Shown here one piece after another: positions 40,019 to 48,756 of a stretch of DNA of 64,000 nt. The notes beneath the pieces were generated by a model that had not been told where the DNA came from, did no database searches, and was given only the letters and a program-made list of their open reading frames with translations. Source of the stretch: an uncultured Hyphomonadaceae bacterium (GTDB lineage: Bacteria; Pseudomonadota; Alphaproteobacteria; Caulobacterales; Hyphomonadaceae); the NCBI GenBank assembly GCA_913057945.1, contig CAJXOF010000011.1, forward strand, positions 59,121 to 123,120, written 5' to 3'. Positions within the stretch are counted from its first letter, which is position 1. Each line of letters starts with the position of its first letter. The position numbers were made by a program, and so were the translations under genes.

Positions 40019-40624
40019 TTATGGAAGGTGCTCACGTTTAGGGGGCCTGCGATGCCATTCAACGTTCTCGCTGACCTGCCTTGCCGGTACGCCGGCCAGC
40101 GCCGAAAACGGCACATCATGAGACTTGGTAACCAGTGCACGTGTTCCCACGATGACGTTGTCGCAAATCGTAACGCCCTGCAGGATGCACACTTCCTTTC
40201 CTATCCAGCAGTGGTCACCTATCGTAATGTCTGCAGGCGGATTAAGTAACTCACCCGATGCTCTGTTCAGAATTGAATGGGCGTCGGTCGTACGAAATTC
40301 GATACCGTACGAAAGAAGGCAATCGTGACCGAGGGTGATCGTAGTTCCTCCATCACACAGAAAGTAGGCGCCATTGATTGTTGTTCCAGCTCCGATCTCT
40401 ATCTTGCTTCCTTCACCTGAAATCCGATAGTGCCCGGCTTTGATGACCGCGCCTTCGTGGAGTATGAAAGTGTTGTTAGAGCCAAGAAATTCGATCCTCG
40501 GGGCAACGCGTTTTCCAAGAGCAGCACGCGCCTTTATCACAAGGCGGTTGCCATCTCCATCAGTGCGGATATTCGCCTTTGGATGCAGAAAGCCATCATC
40601 AGCGATTTCCATTTCAATGTCCAT
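40019..40624 (-). CDS. Hexapeptide-repeat O-acyltransferase (capsule modification)
   Basis: Left-handed beta-helix repeats, RTTDAHSI, ITIGDHCWIG, AGVPAR. ATG 40624 follows AGGAG. Confidence 0.85.
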   Translation of the reverse strand: MDIEMEIADDGFLHPKANIRTDGDGNRLVIKARAALGKRVAPRIEFLGSNNTFILHEGAVIKAGHYRISGEGSKIEIGAGTTINGAYFLCDGGTTITLGHDCLLSYGIEFRTTDAHSILNRASGELLNPPADITIGDHCWIGKEVCILQGVTICDNVIVGTRALVTKSHDVPFSALAGVPARQVSENVEWHRRPPKREHLP

Positions 40625-40724
40625 TGATCTCTCCTGACCCACTTCCAAGTATTCAGAGCAGCTTTGCCGGACTAGCTCGATATTGAAAATTTCAATTTAG
40701 ATGAGCATCGGCGAGGCCGGAAAA

Positions 40725-43346
40725 TCAGGTGCGGACAGGCGCGGTGTGCGGGCGCAATTGCAGAACCCGGTCCAGACACTGTTCCACTTCACACTCCGTA
40801 TGAGTCACCGGATCGAACCAAAGCGTCTGGCGCAGAAAGACGGCTGAGACAATCTCCTCAAGCGTACGGGATGTACGCGGGTTGGCAAACGGCTGCATGT
40901 CGGTGGTCAGGCCCCAGCCAGCATAGAACGGCACCCCGAAACAGGTCACCTTCTTGCCTGCCATAAGAGCCTCAAGCCCTGCGCCCGAAGTCATCACATA
41001 GACCTCATCCATCTGCTTGATCAGATGCATGGCATTGCAGTTCTCGGAAATGAGCGTCAGGTTAGGATGCTCTTTCAGCCTGTCCAGGTCAAAATTCGCA
41101 CCTTTGACACCCTGCACCGTTTCCGGGTGCAGCTTCAGGAACACATGCGCGTCCTTCTGGTCGAGCGCGTGCTGTAACATGCCTTCGAACGTATAATTCT
41201 CACACTGGCCGAGCGAGATGGAAAGATCACCGGACGTCTGGTCCATGACCAGGATACGGCGCTGGCCCGCGCCCTCCTTGAAATCGACCATAGGCGCGTC
41301 ATTGTATTTGACGATATTGTGGTCGACAATCTTGTCGATCAGAGCCTTCGCCCGCGTCAGCATATCCTTGTCTGGCTCGCCGTCCAGGATCAGTTGTTCC
41401 GCACGGGATCGTTTCGTGGTGTCAAAGAAAATACCGAGGTCGTCCAGCATCAGCGAAAACTTGAACCCGGACTTGCTGGGAATGTTGAGTCCGGAAATCA
41501 GCCCGTATTCAGCCAAGGCTTTATCCACGCCCTGCGTTTCGGCGACGCTCAGAGCCTTTTTCCCGGACCCGCGCAGACCAAACCCGATAACAAGGGCATT
41601 GTCGGAGGGCTCGAGTGCCTTCTGAACTTCTGGCGTCAGCTTCAGGAAACTCTTGCCACCAACCATGTACTCCGTCAGACCTTCAGACGTGGTGAAAATT
41701 TGGTCATAGCCCTGAAGAAATTTTCTGGCCGTCCAGTCGGATGCCGTAGATTTTGTTGTCAGGTTCATGGTTGCAGCAGCAGGCGCGATCGTGCGGGCGC
41801 CTGCACGGACAGGCGTGTAATAGGTCTTCCGATCATCCAGCCTGACAAGTTTCTGAAAGAAATCCTTCTCGCGTGCAACCGCATGCCGCTTGGACCAGCC
41901 TGACCTTGCATCGGAATAGTGATAGAGGTCGCTCTGATTCTCCTCGGGATTTACGAAAGAACACCCAAGCACCTGATCACGCGACAGCGGGCCCGTCAGC
42001 TTGTACAGCATGTAGGAGAGCAACAACCCCGACGTCGGAATACTGCCGAGCTTTTCCGCCAGCTCGACATAGGGACGAGAGGGTGTAAAGCCCAGACCGG
42101 GCAACCGGTTGATATTCACACGGAACCAGTCCCAATTGTTGTAGTTCCTGTACAGTCGGTTTGCCCCGGTAATCATGACCTGCTTCAGCGAACGAGGGTC
42201 TGGCGCGAATCGCACATACGGGTGCGGCACCATCCTGACCCAAACATCCGTTTTTGTGCCATAGTCTTCCGAATACGGATATTCTGTGGAGAATGTGTTG
42301 AACCGGACAACAAGTCCAGCGGAATCCACTTCCGCGCCCCTGCCCTTGCCGACCTCTTGCGGCCCATTCCCTACAATCAGGACCGAGCCCTCAGCCTCAT
42401 GCACGAGGCGTTCGAATAGGCGCTCATTTTCCTGCAGCCTGTTAAGCAGGTTCTTGTCCCCGTCGTCCTTGGCACTCACGATATCGAGGTCGCTCAAAGC
42501 CACCCGCAAGCCAAGATATCCATCCAGGTTTGCCGTTGTGGGCAGCATCTCTATTGCTGAGCGCATCCGGTCATACTGTCCGGATGATGCAAGCATCGCG
42601 GCAAACGTCGCAAAGAAATTATTTGGCGCGACCAACCCCTTTTCCCGGACCTTCTGAAAGGCACTATTGTACGTTTCAAACATGTCCTCAGAGAAGGGCT
42701 CGCCTTCCCAGCGATAGTTCATGTACCGGCGCAACCAGGTGAGGAAGGGAGAATTGTCGGGCTGCCTCAGGATCTCAAAAACAATGGTCTTGAACACCTC
42801 AAGGAATTCAGGTTGCCGGTTACCCGCCTTGATCTGTTCCTCAACAAAAGCCAGCTTTTCGCTCAGGGTAGCCCCGGCATCTTCTGTACTGACGTGGACC
42901 GTGCCCGCAGGTGCAAACAATTCCTCCATATCCACATCTGCGTAGGATTTGACCTCTGCCAGCGAAGTCTTGAGCACCAGATGCAGGCTGTAAGTTTCAA
43001 TACCGGCCTCGGCGGCCTGATCGAGAAGGTCCTGATTGCGATACTCCATGTTCATGATCAGGGAGTCGCAAGGCGGCAATTTGATATTGTCGGGAGGAAG
43101 AAACTTCCGGAAGGAGAAATGCTCGAAAGTGACATCAGGATTGAGCCGCTGCAATCGGCTGCGCTGCTTGTGCGACACGCCGACCGTGCATACTTTCCTG
43201 GCCTTTGTTGCGTGCCCCCCGTCCGCTTCGTTGGCCGCGTGTGCAGTCAGAATCCGCCGTGCTTTCCGCACTGCCCTGACCGCCAGAGGCGGGACTTCCT
43301 GATACTTCTCGGTCAAAACGTCCTCATTCTTTTGCGAGCCTGCCAC
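40725..43346 (-). CDS. 873-aa multidomain capsule glycosyltransferase: unknown N-domain + GT29 sialyltransferase-like domain + KpsC-like (Capsule_synth) module
   Basis: aa about 321-497 carry sialylmotifs L, S, III and VS; aa about 585-873 carry SLMLDDLGIFFD, KYN, DQTSGDLSI, KLHPE, TSGAGLEAL and PFYAGWGLT. Confidence 0.8.
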   Translation of the reverse strand: MAGSQKNEDVLTEKYQEVPPLAVRAVRKARRILTAHAANEADGGHATKARKVCTVGVSHKQRSRLQRLNPDVTFEHFSFRKFLPPDNIKLPPCDSLIMNMEYRNQDLLDQAAEAGIETYSLHLVLKTSLAEVKSYADVDMEELFAPAGTVHVSTEDAGATLSEKLAFVEEQIKAGNRQPEFLEVFKTIVFEILRQPDNSPFLTWLRRYMNYRWEGEPFSEDMFETYNSAFQKVREKGLVAPNNFFATFAAMLASSGQYDRMRSAIEMLPTTANLDGYLGLRVALSDLDIVSAKDDGDKNLLNRLQENERLFERLVHEAEGSVLIVGNGPQEVGKGRGAEVDSAGLVVRFNTFSTEYPYSEDYGTKTDVWVRMVPHPYVRFAPDPRSLKQVMITGANRLYRNYNNWDWFRVNINRLPGLGFTPSRPYVELAEKLGSIPTSGLLLSYMLYKLTGPLSRDQVLGCSFVNPEENQSDLYHYSDARSGWSKRHAVAREKDFFQKLVRLDDRKTYYTPVRAGARTIAPAAATMNLTTKSTASDWTARKFLQGYDQIFTTSEGLTEYMVGGKSFLKLTPEVQKALEPSDNALVIGFGLRGSGKKALSVAETQGVDKALAEYGLISGLNIPSKSGFKFSLMLDDLGIFFDTTKRSRAEQLILDGEPDKDMLTRAKALIDKIVDHNIVKYNDAPMVDFKEGAGQRRILVMDQTSGDLSISLGQCENYTFEGMLQHALDQKDAHVFLKLHPETVQGVKGANFDLDRLKEHPNLTLISENCNAMHLIKQMDEVYVMTSGAGLEALMAGKKVTCFGVPFYAGWGLTTDMQPFANPRTSRTLEEIVSAVFLRQTLWFDPVTHTECEVEQCLDRVLQLRPHTAPVRT

Positions 43347-43357
43347 CTAACAGACAA

Positions 43358-44041
43358 TCACGTCATAAATGTAAACCCGACGTCTGACATTGAGCCAAAA
43401 TCACTCATCAGGGTTTCCCGTTCCTTTTCAAGGATATCCTTGCCAATCTTCCAGTCGCTGCGACCGTACACGAAGACAAACTTCATACCAAACTCTCTCG
43501 CCAACTCATAATCGAGTTGGGAATCCCCAAAATACACACCCCGGCGGCCAATCATCTGGTCAGCCTTAAGGCGCAGCATATTGTCCCTCTTCGTTGCCGG
43601 AGACCCCAGCACGGTGTCGAACTTTTCCGCGATGTTCCGTGCCGTGAGAACGCGGCGAACTTCGTCCTGATCACCGCCTGTATTGACACTGCATGGAACC
43701 ACTCCGCTGACTTGGTCGAGAAACTCCGGAAAACCGCCGATATAATCGCAGCTCAACAACCCCTCGAACACGATTGCGGCGAAGCGCTCAAGCGCCCGTT
43801 CCAAATGCGCATCCCTGTCGTCAACCTGGATGTAGCTGGTGAAGAATTCCTCGAACTTCCGGTAGCGCGACACTCCGCCCGTATTCCTGTGCCACTCGAC
43901 AAAACGCTCAATGGCGTCCGGATCATACCCCTCAAGGGCGCGCCCGAAGGCATCCGACTTAAGCCGATTGGAATCCAGAATGACCCCGTCACAATCGAAG
44001 ACGATGGAATCGAAGACGATGGAATCGAAAACCTGTTTCAT
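43358..44041 (-). CDS. HAD-superfamily hydrolase (phosphatase-like)
   Basis: FDCDGVILDSN motif I, VNTGG motif II, K, FGDSQLD motif IV. Confidence 0.88.
   Translation of the reverse strand: MKQVFDSIVFDSIVFDCDGVILDSNRLKSDAFGRALEGYDPDAIERFVEWHRNTGGVSRYRKFEEFFTSYIQVDDRDAHLERALERFAAIVFEGLLSCDYIGGFPEFLDQVSGVVPCSVNTGGDQDEVRRVLTARNIAEKFDTVLGSPATKRDNMLRLKADQMIGRRGVYFGDSQLDYELAREFGMKFVFVYGRSDWKIGKDILEKERETLMSDFGSMSDVGFTFMT
43993..44029. repeat. 15-bp tandem repeat (about 2.5 copies) in the HAD 5' end
   Basis: AATCGAAGACGATGG x2 + AATCGAA, encoding FDSIV-FDSIV-FD. Confidence 0.9.
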
Positions 44042-44775
44042 TGCACCAGTTGATCCCGCACCCTTTCGAGATCTTCAGGTGTATCAACCGAGATAAAATC
44101 CGGATCGAGCTCGATCATCTTCACCTCGTATCCCATTTCGACAAAGCGGAGAATTTCGATGTCCTCGACCATTTCGTGTTCAGTCTTGCGGGCCCGTGCA
44201 GCAAACTCGGCCAGAGCCGCAGCCGGAAACGCATAGACGCAGACCTGACGGCGGGAAAAATGGAACTCATCGGCCTTGTTGCCGGGAATTGGGGCCCGAC
44301 TCATATACATCAGGCGGCCATCCTCACGGATCACGACCTTCGGTACATTCGGGGAACGCCAATCGGCCTCGTTGTTGATCCACGCCCAACCATTGATGAT
44401 GTCATCTGGCTTCTCCAGGGCAGCATCAATAATCGCACGTATGTTGCCTGTCGGCATGAACGGCTCATCGCCCTGAACATTTATATAGGTCCGCGCCGAG
44501 ACCTTCTCTGCAAACTCCGCGATCCGGTCTGTGCCGGTCAGACAGTCTTCCGATGTCATGACAACCTTGGCGCCGAAACTCCTGCAGACATCGGCAATCT
44601 TGTCGCTGTCCGTCGCGATATAGATCCGGTTTTCCTCAACAGCCCCAAGCGCGCGCTCGTATGTGCGCTCAAGCATTGTCTTGCCGCCTATGTTCGCAAG
44701 CGGCTTTTCTGGCAGGCGGGAGGATTTCAGACGGGCCGGAATGACGACCACATAATCCCGAACCGTCTCAGACAT
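44038..44775 (-). CDS. kdsB: CMP-Kdo synthetase-like cytidylyltransferase
   Basis: IPARLKSSRLPEKPLA, IATD, TGTDRIAE, NVQGDEP, YMSRAPIP, EDIEILRF, SVDTPED. Confidence 0.85.
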   Translation of the reverse strand: MSETVRDYVVVIPARLKSSRLPEKPLANIGGKTMLERTYERALGAVEENRIYIATDSDKIADVCRSFGAKVVMTSEDCLTGTDRIAEFAEKVSARTYINVQGDEPFMPTGNIRAIIDAALEKPDDIINGWAWINNEADWRSPNVPKVVIREDGRLMYMSRAPIPGNKADEFHFSRRQVCVYAFPAAALAEFAARARKTEHEMVEDIEILRFVEMGYEVKMIELDPDFISVDTPEDLERVRDQLVQ

Positions 44776-44776
44776 G

Positions 44777-46405
44777 TCAGGCGACGCCATACAACGAGGC
44801 CATCGGTACATGGAAATGCGTTTCCGTCAGAGAGCTGATCTGGCACCCTGCCTCGGCCGCCTGATCCAGGAGCGACTGCATTTCCCGGTACTCGCGCGCC
44901 ATTCCATCAAATCCGTCAAACCCGGCGAGGAACACCTGGCTGGCATTTGCATCAAGCGCCATGGCCAGCGCCACCCCTGCCGCCAGCGGCGAAGGAATAT
45001 AGCAACCATCGCCGAGCGTCTCGAACCGGTCGGCTTCAACACAGACGCCATAGTCCACCACTTCGGTACGCTTTTCGATGTCACCTGCCACATCGTCCGG
45101 CATCGCTGCAAGGGACGTGTAAAGGGGCACATGAGCCCAGTCCTTCTTGCGCAAATAGGACAGGAGCCTGGCTGGATGGACACACACGATACCGTCAACC
45201 TGTGACGGGTCGTAGAAATCGTTGGCATTGACAGCCAGTTTCAGCGCTTGGTTCCGATGAGCAAACGCCTCGATCGCCTTGCTATGCCGCCGGGCATTCG
45301 GGCCGCCTGCAATAAGGACGACAGGTCGCCCTGTCCAGCGACCCTTCATCTCTGTTGTACCGTGCGGCTTGTTGAGGAAGCTCGCAAAGGCCGATTCAAT
45401 ATTCTTTTCACTGTAGGAAAGATTGTGATCGGAATCTCCGAGCGTGGAGATCATTGACAGGATGTCGATCGGCTCGAACCGATCAGTCTGGAGCATTTGC
45501 TGCACATAGCTCGGGTGAACGGCGCGCAGGCCCGCCTCATAGTAATAGAGATTCGTGCCCCACCCGTAATCCTTCTGCATTGCGGAAAACTCACCGGTCG
45601 CCGCCTGGTGGATATGCAGGCACTTCAGATCTGACAGTCCCCGATTCTTCAGCTCGATCGCCAGGTATTCTGTCTGTGTATTGCCAGCCCCGCGCCCCAT
45701 GCCGGTAATGGTCGCGTCGACCCAAGTCGCCCCAGCCTCAATGGCACAGAGAGAGTTCGACACGCCAAGGCATATATTGTCATGCCCATGAAAACCGATG
45801 GCTTTGTCGCTCTGCTCACGGAGCAGCTCCACTACGCGCCGCACGTCTTCCGGACGCATATTGCCGAGGCTGTCGGCAAAATAGAGAGCTTCAAAATCCA
45901 CGAAGTCTTCTTCGATGGTGCGAACCAACTCACGGACTTTCTCGTCGTCTGCCTGACTGATCTGCATGATGTTGAGCCCAACCATGTAGCCAAGCTCCTT
46001 GAGCCGGGCAATCAGCGGACCACACTCCGGGATTTGGCGGATATGGGCTGCGATACGGACAAGGGAGATAGGGGATTCAGAAGCCGGAACAAAGTTGCGG
46101 TGAATGTCATCTTCCATCGCATCTGTAAGATAGTCCGAAGCGTTCAACATCACGCCATAGGTCGGCCCTTCGGGCAGGTTCAGCGTCGCCAGGAACTCTT
46201 CCGATGTGTGGGCGAAGGGACCGTAAAATTTCGACTGGTCAGTAAAGCGAAAGCCAATTTCGATAATGTTCACGCCGCCGAGCGCCAGTTGCTCGAAGTA
46301 GGATTCAGCAAGATCGGCGTCAAAATCCCAAGCATTGTAATAACCACCATCCCTGAGGGTACAGTCGAGCAGATTCACAGATCCTGTGGTCATCGTTTGC
46401 TCCAT
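44777..46405 (-). CDS. DRE-TIM metallolyase (HMGL-like; 4-hydroxy-2-oxovalerate-aldolase-like) with a C-terminal Rossmann-like domain
   Basis: LDCTLRDGGY, FADSLG, HGHDN, GMGRGAGN; C-terminal VVLIAGGPN…AVN…FLAGFDG. Confidence 0.82.
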   Translation of the reverse strand: MEQTMTTGSVNLLDCTLRDGGYYNAWDFDADLAESYFEQLALGGVNIIEIGFRFTDQSKFYGPFAHTSEEFLATLNLPEGPTYGVMLNASDYLTDAMEDDIHRNFVPASESPISLVRIAAHIRQIPECGPLIARLKELGYMVGLNIMQISQADDEKVRELVRTIEEDFVDFEALYFADSLGNMRPEDVRRVVELLREQSDKAIGFHGHDNICLGVSNSLCAIEAGATWVDATITGMGRGAGNTQTEYLAIELKNRGLSDLKCLHIHQAATGEFSAMQKDYGWGTNLYYYEAGLRAVHPSYVQQMLQTDRFEPIDILSMISTLGDSDHNLSYSEKNIESAFASFLNKPHGTTEMKGRWTGRPVVLIAGGPNARRHSKAIEAFAHRNQALKLAVNANDFYDPSQVDGIVCVHPARLLSYLRKKDWAHVPLYTSLAAMPDDVAGDIEKRTEVVDYGVCVEADRFETLGDGCYIPSPLAAGVALAMALDANASQVFLAGFDGFDGMAREYREMQSLLDQAAEAGCQISSLTETHFHVPMASLYGVA

Positions 46406-46652
46406 TTCCTTGTAAATACCGCTAAAAGATTCACTGACTTCCGCCCGCAGGTTTCAGATAATCCGGACAGTCTCGCTTAGCACATCCTTGCAAATTTCCA
46501 AGGAACAGCCCGCCCTTTAACTCAGTAATACTCAGACACCTCTGCTGTGAGGCAGTCATACGCAGGCAGCAGGCCAATCGGCCGTCCTCAACAAATGAAC
46601 TGGGGCGTGGCCCATCAATTTGCCACCATCATGCACCACGCTGGCGCGTCCG

Positions 46653-47822
46653 TCACTTCAGGCAAACAAGAGCGTCTATAGCTTCCTCTACCGAGTAGTG
46701 GTGATTGCCTACAAACAGGCCGTTCACGTCGATATAGTCGGCATTTTTCAGCTCGCCATGGATCTCGTAATCGAAATACTTCATGACCTCATTCTTGGCA
46801 AAGTTGCCGGCAACGATGGGGCGGCATTCAAAGCCTTGTTCGATGAGGGTTGCCACAAACTCTTTTCTGGAAACGCCCGCCATTGGCCGAAGCACTAGCG
46901 AAAATCCAAACCAGCTACTTTCCCCGATCTCCCTTTGAATAATGAATTTCGGATGGTTGGAGAGCTTTTCCTGTACGATTTTACCATTCGCCTGACGACC
47001 AGCAATCAGGCTCGGCAGTTTCTTCAACTGCTCGGCCCCCAACGCCCCAGACATTTCCAGCGGGCGTAGATTGTAACCTGGCAGTACGAACCGGAATGAC
47101 TCCTCGAAGGGATCGTCGCTCTTGACCCCGGTAACCTTGTTCTCCTTCGGCAGGTTCCGCGTCCAGCCATGCGCGCGCAGGGCCAGCATGATGTGATAGA
47201 GTTCCTCGTCATCAGTGACGACGACGCCACCCTCCATCGTCGAGATATGGTGTGAGAAGAAGCTGGAAAAGCTACCGAGCAGGCCGAAAGTACCGGCCTG
47301 TTTGCCTTGATATGTCGCCCCCATCGACTCACAATTGTCCTCGATCATGACGATGTCACGGCCACCGATAATGTCGTTGATGACTGCAAAATCGTTCGGA
47401 TTGCCGAGCAGGTTCACAACCATGATAGCCCGCGTCTTGTCGGTCACTGCCTCACGCAGGGCATCGAGATCGTAGTTCAGCGTCTCGACATCGATGTCCA
47501 CGAATTTGAGCTTCAGCCCATACTGCGCCAACGGATAGTAAGTCGTGCTCCAGGAGACAGCGGGCACGATGATCTCGTCGCCCCGGTTCAACCGGTGGCG
47601 CGGATTGCTGGTGAAGAACAGCGCCGCGGTCATGAGGAGGTTCGCCGACGATCCGGAGTTGACCATAAGGGCATATTTCGAACCGAAGAAGTTGGCAAAG
47701 GCGCCCTCGAACCGCTCCACTTCGGAGCCCATTGAGTACCGGTCCGAGTCAATCACGCGCTGGAGCGCCGCCATTTCAGCCTGGTCCCAGGATGAAGTCG
47801 CAAGGGGGTATTTCACAGTCAT
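46653..47822 (-). CDS. colD: GDP-4-keto-6-deoxymannose 3-dehydratase (ColD-type PLP enzyme)
   Basis: NSGSSANL, IEDNCES, FSSFFSHHISTMEGG (His at the position where aminotransferases have the Schiff-base Lys); downstream of gmd and the reductase. Confidence 0.85.
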   Translation of the reverse strand: MTVKYPLATSSWDQAEMAALQRVIDSDRYSMGSEVERFEGAFANFFGSKYALMVNSGSSANLLMTAALFFTSNPRHRLNRGDEIIVPAVSWSTTYYPLAQYGLKLKFVDIDVETLNYDLDALREAVTDKTRAIMVVNLLGNPNDFAVINDIIGGRDIVMIEDNCESMGATYQGKQAGTFGLLGSFSSFFSHHISTMEGGVVVTDDEELYHIMLALRAHGWTRNLPKENKVTGVKSDDPFEESFRFVLPGYNLRPLEMSGALGAEQLKKLPSLIAGRQANGKIVQEKLSNHPKFIIQREIGESSWFGFSLVLRPMAGVSRKEFVATLIEQGFECRPIVAGNFAKNEVMKYFDYEIHGELKNADYIDVNGLFVGNHHYSVEEAIDALVCLK

Positions 47823-47823
47823 A

Positions 47824-48750
47824 TCAAAGCCCGCTGAGATAATGTTCGTAAGTGAGTTTCAGGCCATCATGGAGCGACGTGGCCGGCTGCCATCCCCATG
47901 TCTCCTGCCGAGAGGTGTCAGTGAGTTTCTGCTTCATCCCAACCGGCTTGCTGGTGTCGTAGGTGAAGCGCCCAGCCCAGCCGACAGTTTGCGCGACTGC
48001 CTCATAATACTCGCGAATGGAATAGTCGTGTCCGAGGCCGATATTCATGAGATCGGGAATGGCCTCAATATCGTTAGCCGCCTGGAAGATCGCGTGGGCG
48101 AGGTCGGCGGCGTACATGAACTCGCGCCGAGCCGAACCGTCCCCCCAGATCTCAACCTCCTCCTGCCCGTTCGCCCGCGCTTCATGGATCTTGTGGATAA
48201 CGGCGGGAACGAGATGGGAATGCTTCGGATCGAACTTGTCATACCGGCCATAGAGATTGCACGGGATCAATGTCTTGAACTGTGCGCGCTCGTCTTCGCG
48301 GCGGATATACTGGCACAGTCGCAGCGCCATGATCTTGGCGAGCGCGTAGCCTTCATTCGTCGGCTCCAGTTCCCCGGTGAGGATCAGCTCTTCGCGTAGC
48401 GGGTTATGGCCGTTGCGTGGATATATGCAGGTGGAAGCGAGGTTTATCAGCCGCCGCACCCCGGCCTGATGCGCCCCCAGGATCACGTTCCGACCGATGG
48501 AAACGTTACGGTCCAGGAACGCGACCGGATGCGCGATGTTCGCCTGAATGCCGCCCACCTGCCCGGCCGCATGCACGACCAAGTCAGGCTTGTTGGCCTC
48601 GTAGAAGGCACGCACCGCCGCCTCATCCATCAGATCGAGGTCGCCGCTTGACGGGGCAAGTATGGTCCAGTCAGCCGCTGCCGGATGCTCCAGCACGTTC
48701 CGGCCGACCATGCCGGACCCGCCGGTCAGGAAGAGGACGCCTTTGGACAT
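47824..48750 (-). CDS. GDP-L-fucose/GDP-colitose synthase (epimerase-reductase, Fcl/ColC type)
   Basis: GGSGMVG, VHAAGQVGGI, STCIYP, YALAK, PCNLYG, WGDGSARREF. Confidence 0.9.
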   Translation of the reverse strand: MSKGVLFLTGGSGMVGRNVLEHPAAADWTILAPSSGDLDLMDEAAVRAFYEANKPDLVVHAAGQVGGIQANIAHPVAFLDRNVSIGRNVILGAHQAGVRRLINLASTCIYPRNGHNPLREELILTGELEPTNEGYALAKIMALRLCQYIRREDERAQFKTLIPCNLYGRYDKFDPKHSHLVPAVIHKIHEARANGQEEVEIWGDGSARREFMYAADLAHAIFQAANDIEAIPDLMNIGLGHDYSIREYYEAVAQTVGWAGRFTYDTSKPVGMKQKLTDTSRQETWGWQPATSLHDGLKLTYEHYLSGL

Positions 48751-48756
48751 GGGCGC

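Noticed and set aside
43358-44041. KdsC (Kdo8P phosphatase)
   Set aside because: The motif DCDGVILD and an apparent cap insertion differ from the capless DVDGVLTDG KdsC type.
40725-46405. Sialic acid (neuABC) pathway
   Set aside because: No NeuB synthase or NeuC epimerase is present, and the cytidylyltransferase has KdsB-type motifs (NVQGDEP, YMSRAPIP).
46653-47822. Perosamine synthase (PerA)
   Set aside because: The active-site loop is SFFSHHIST (His), not the Lys-containing aminotransferase loop; this fits ColD.
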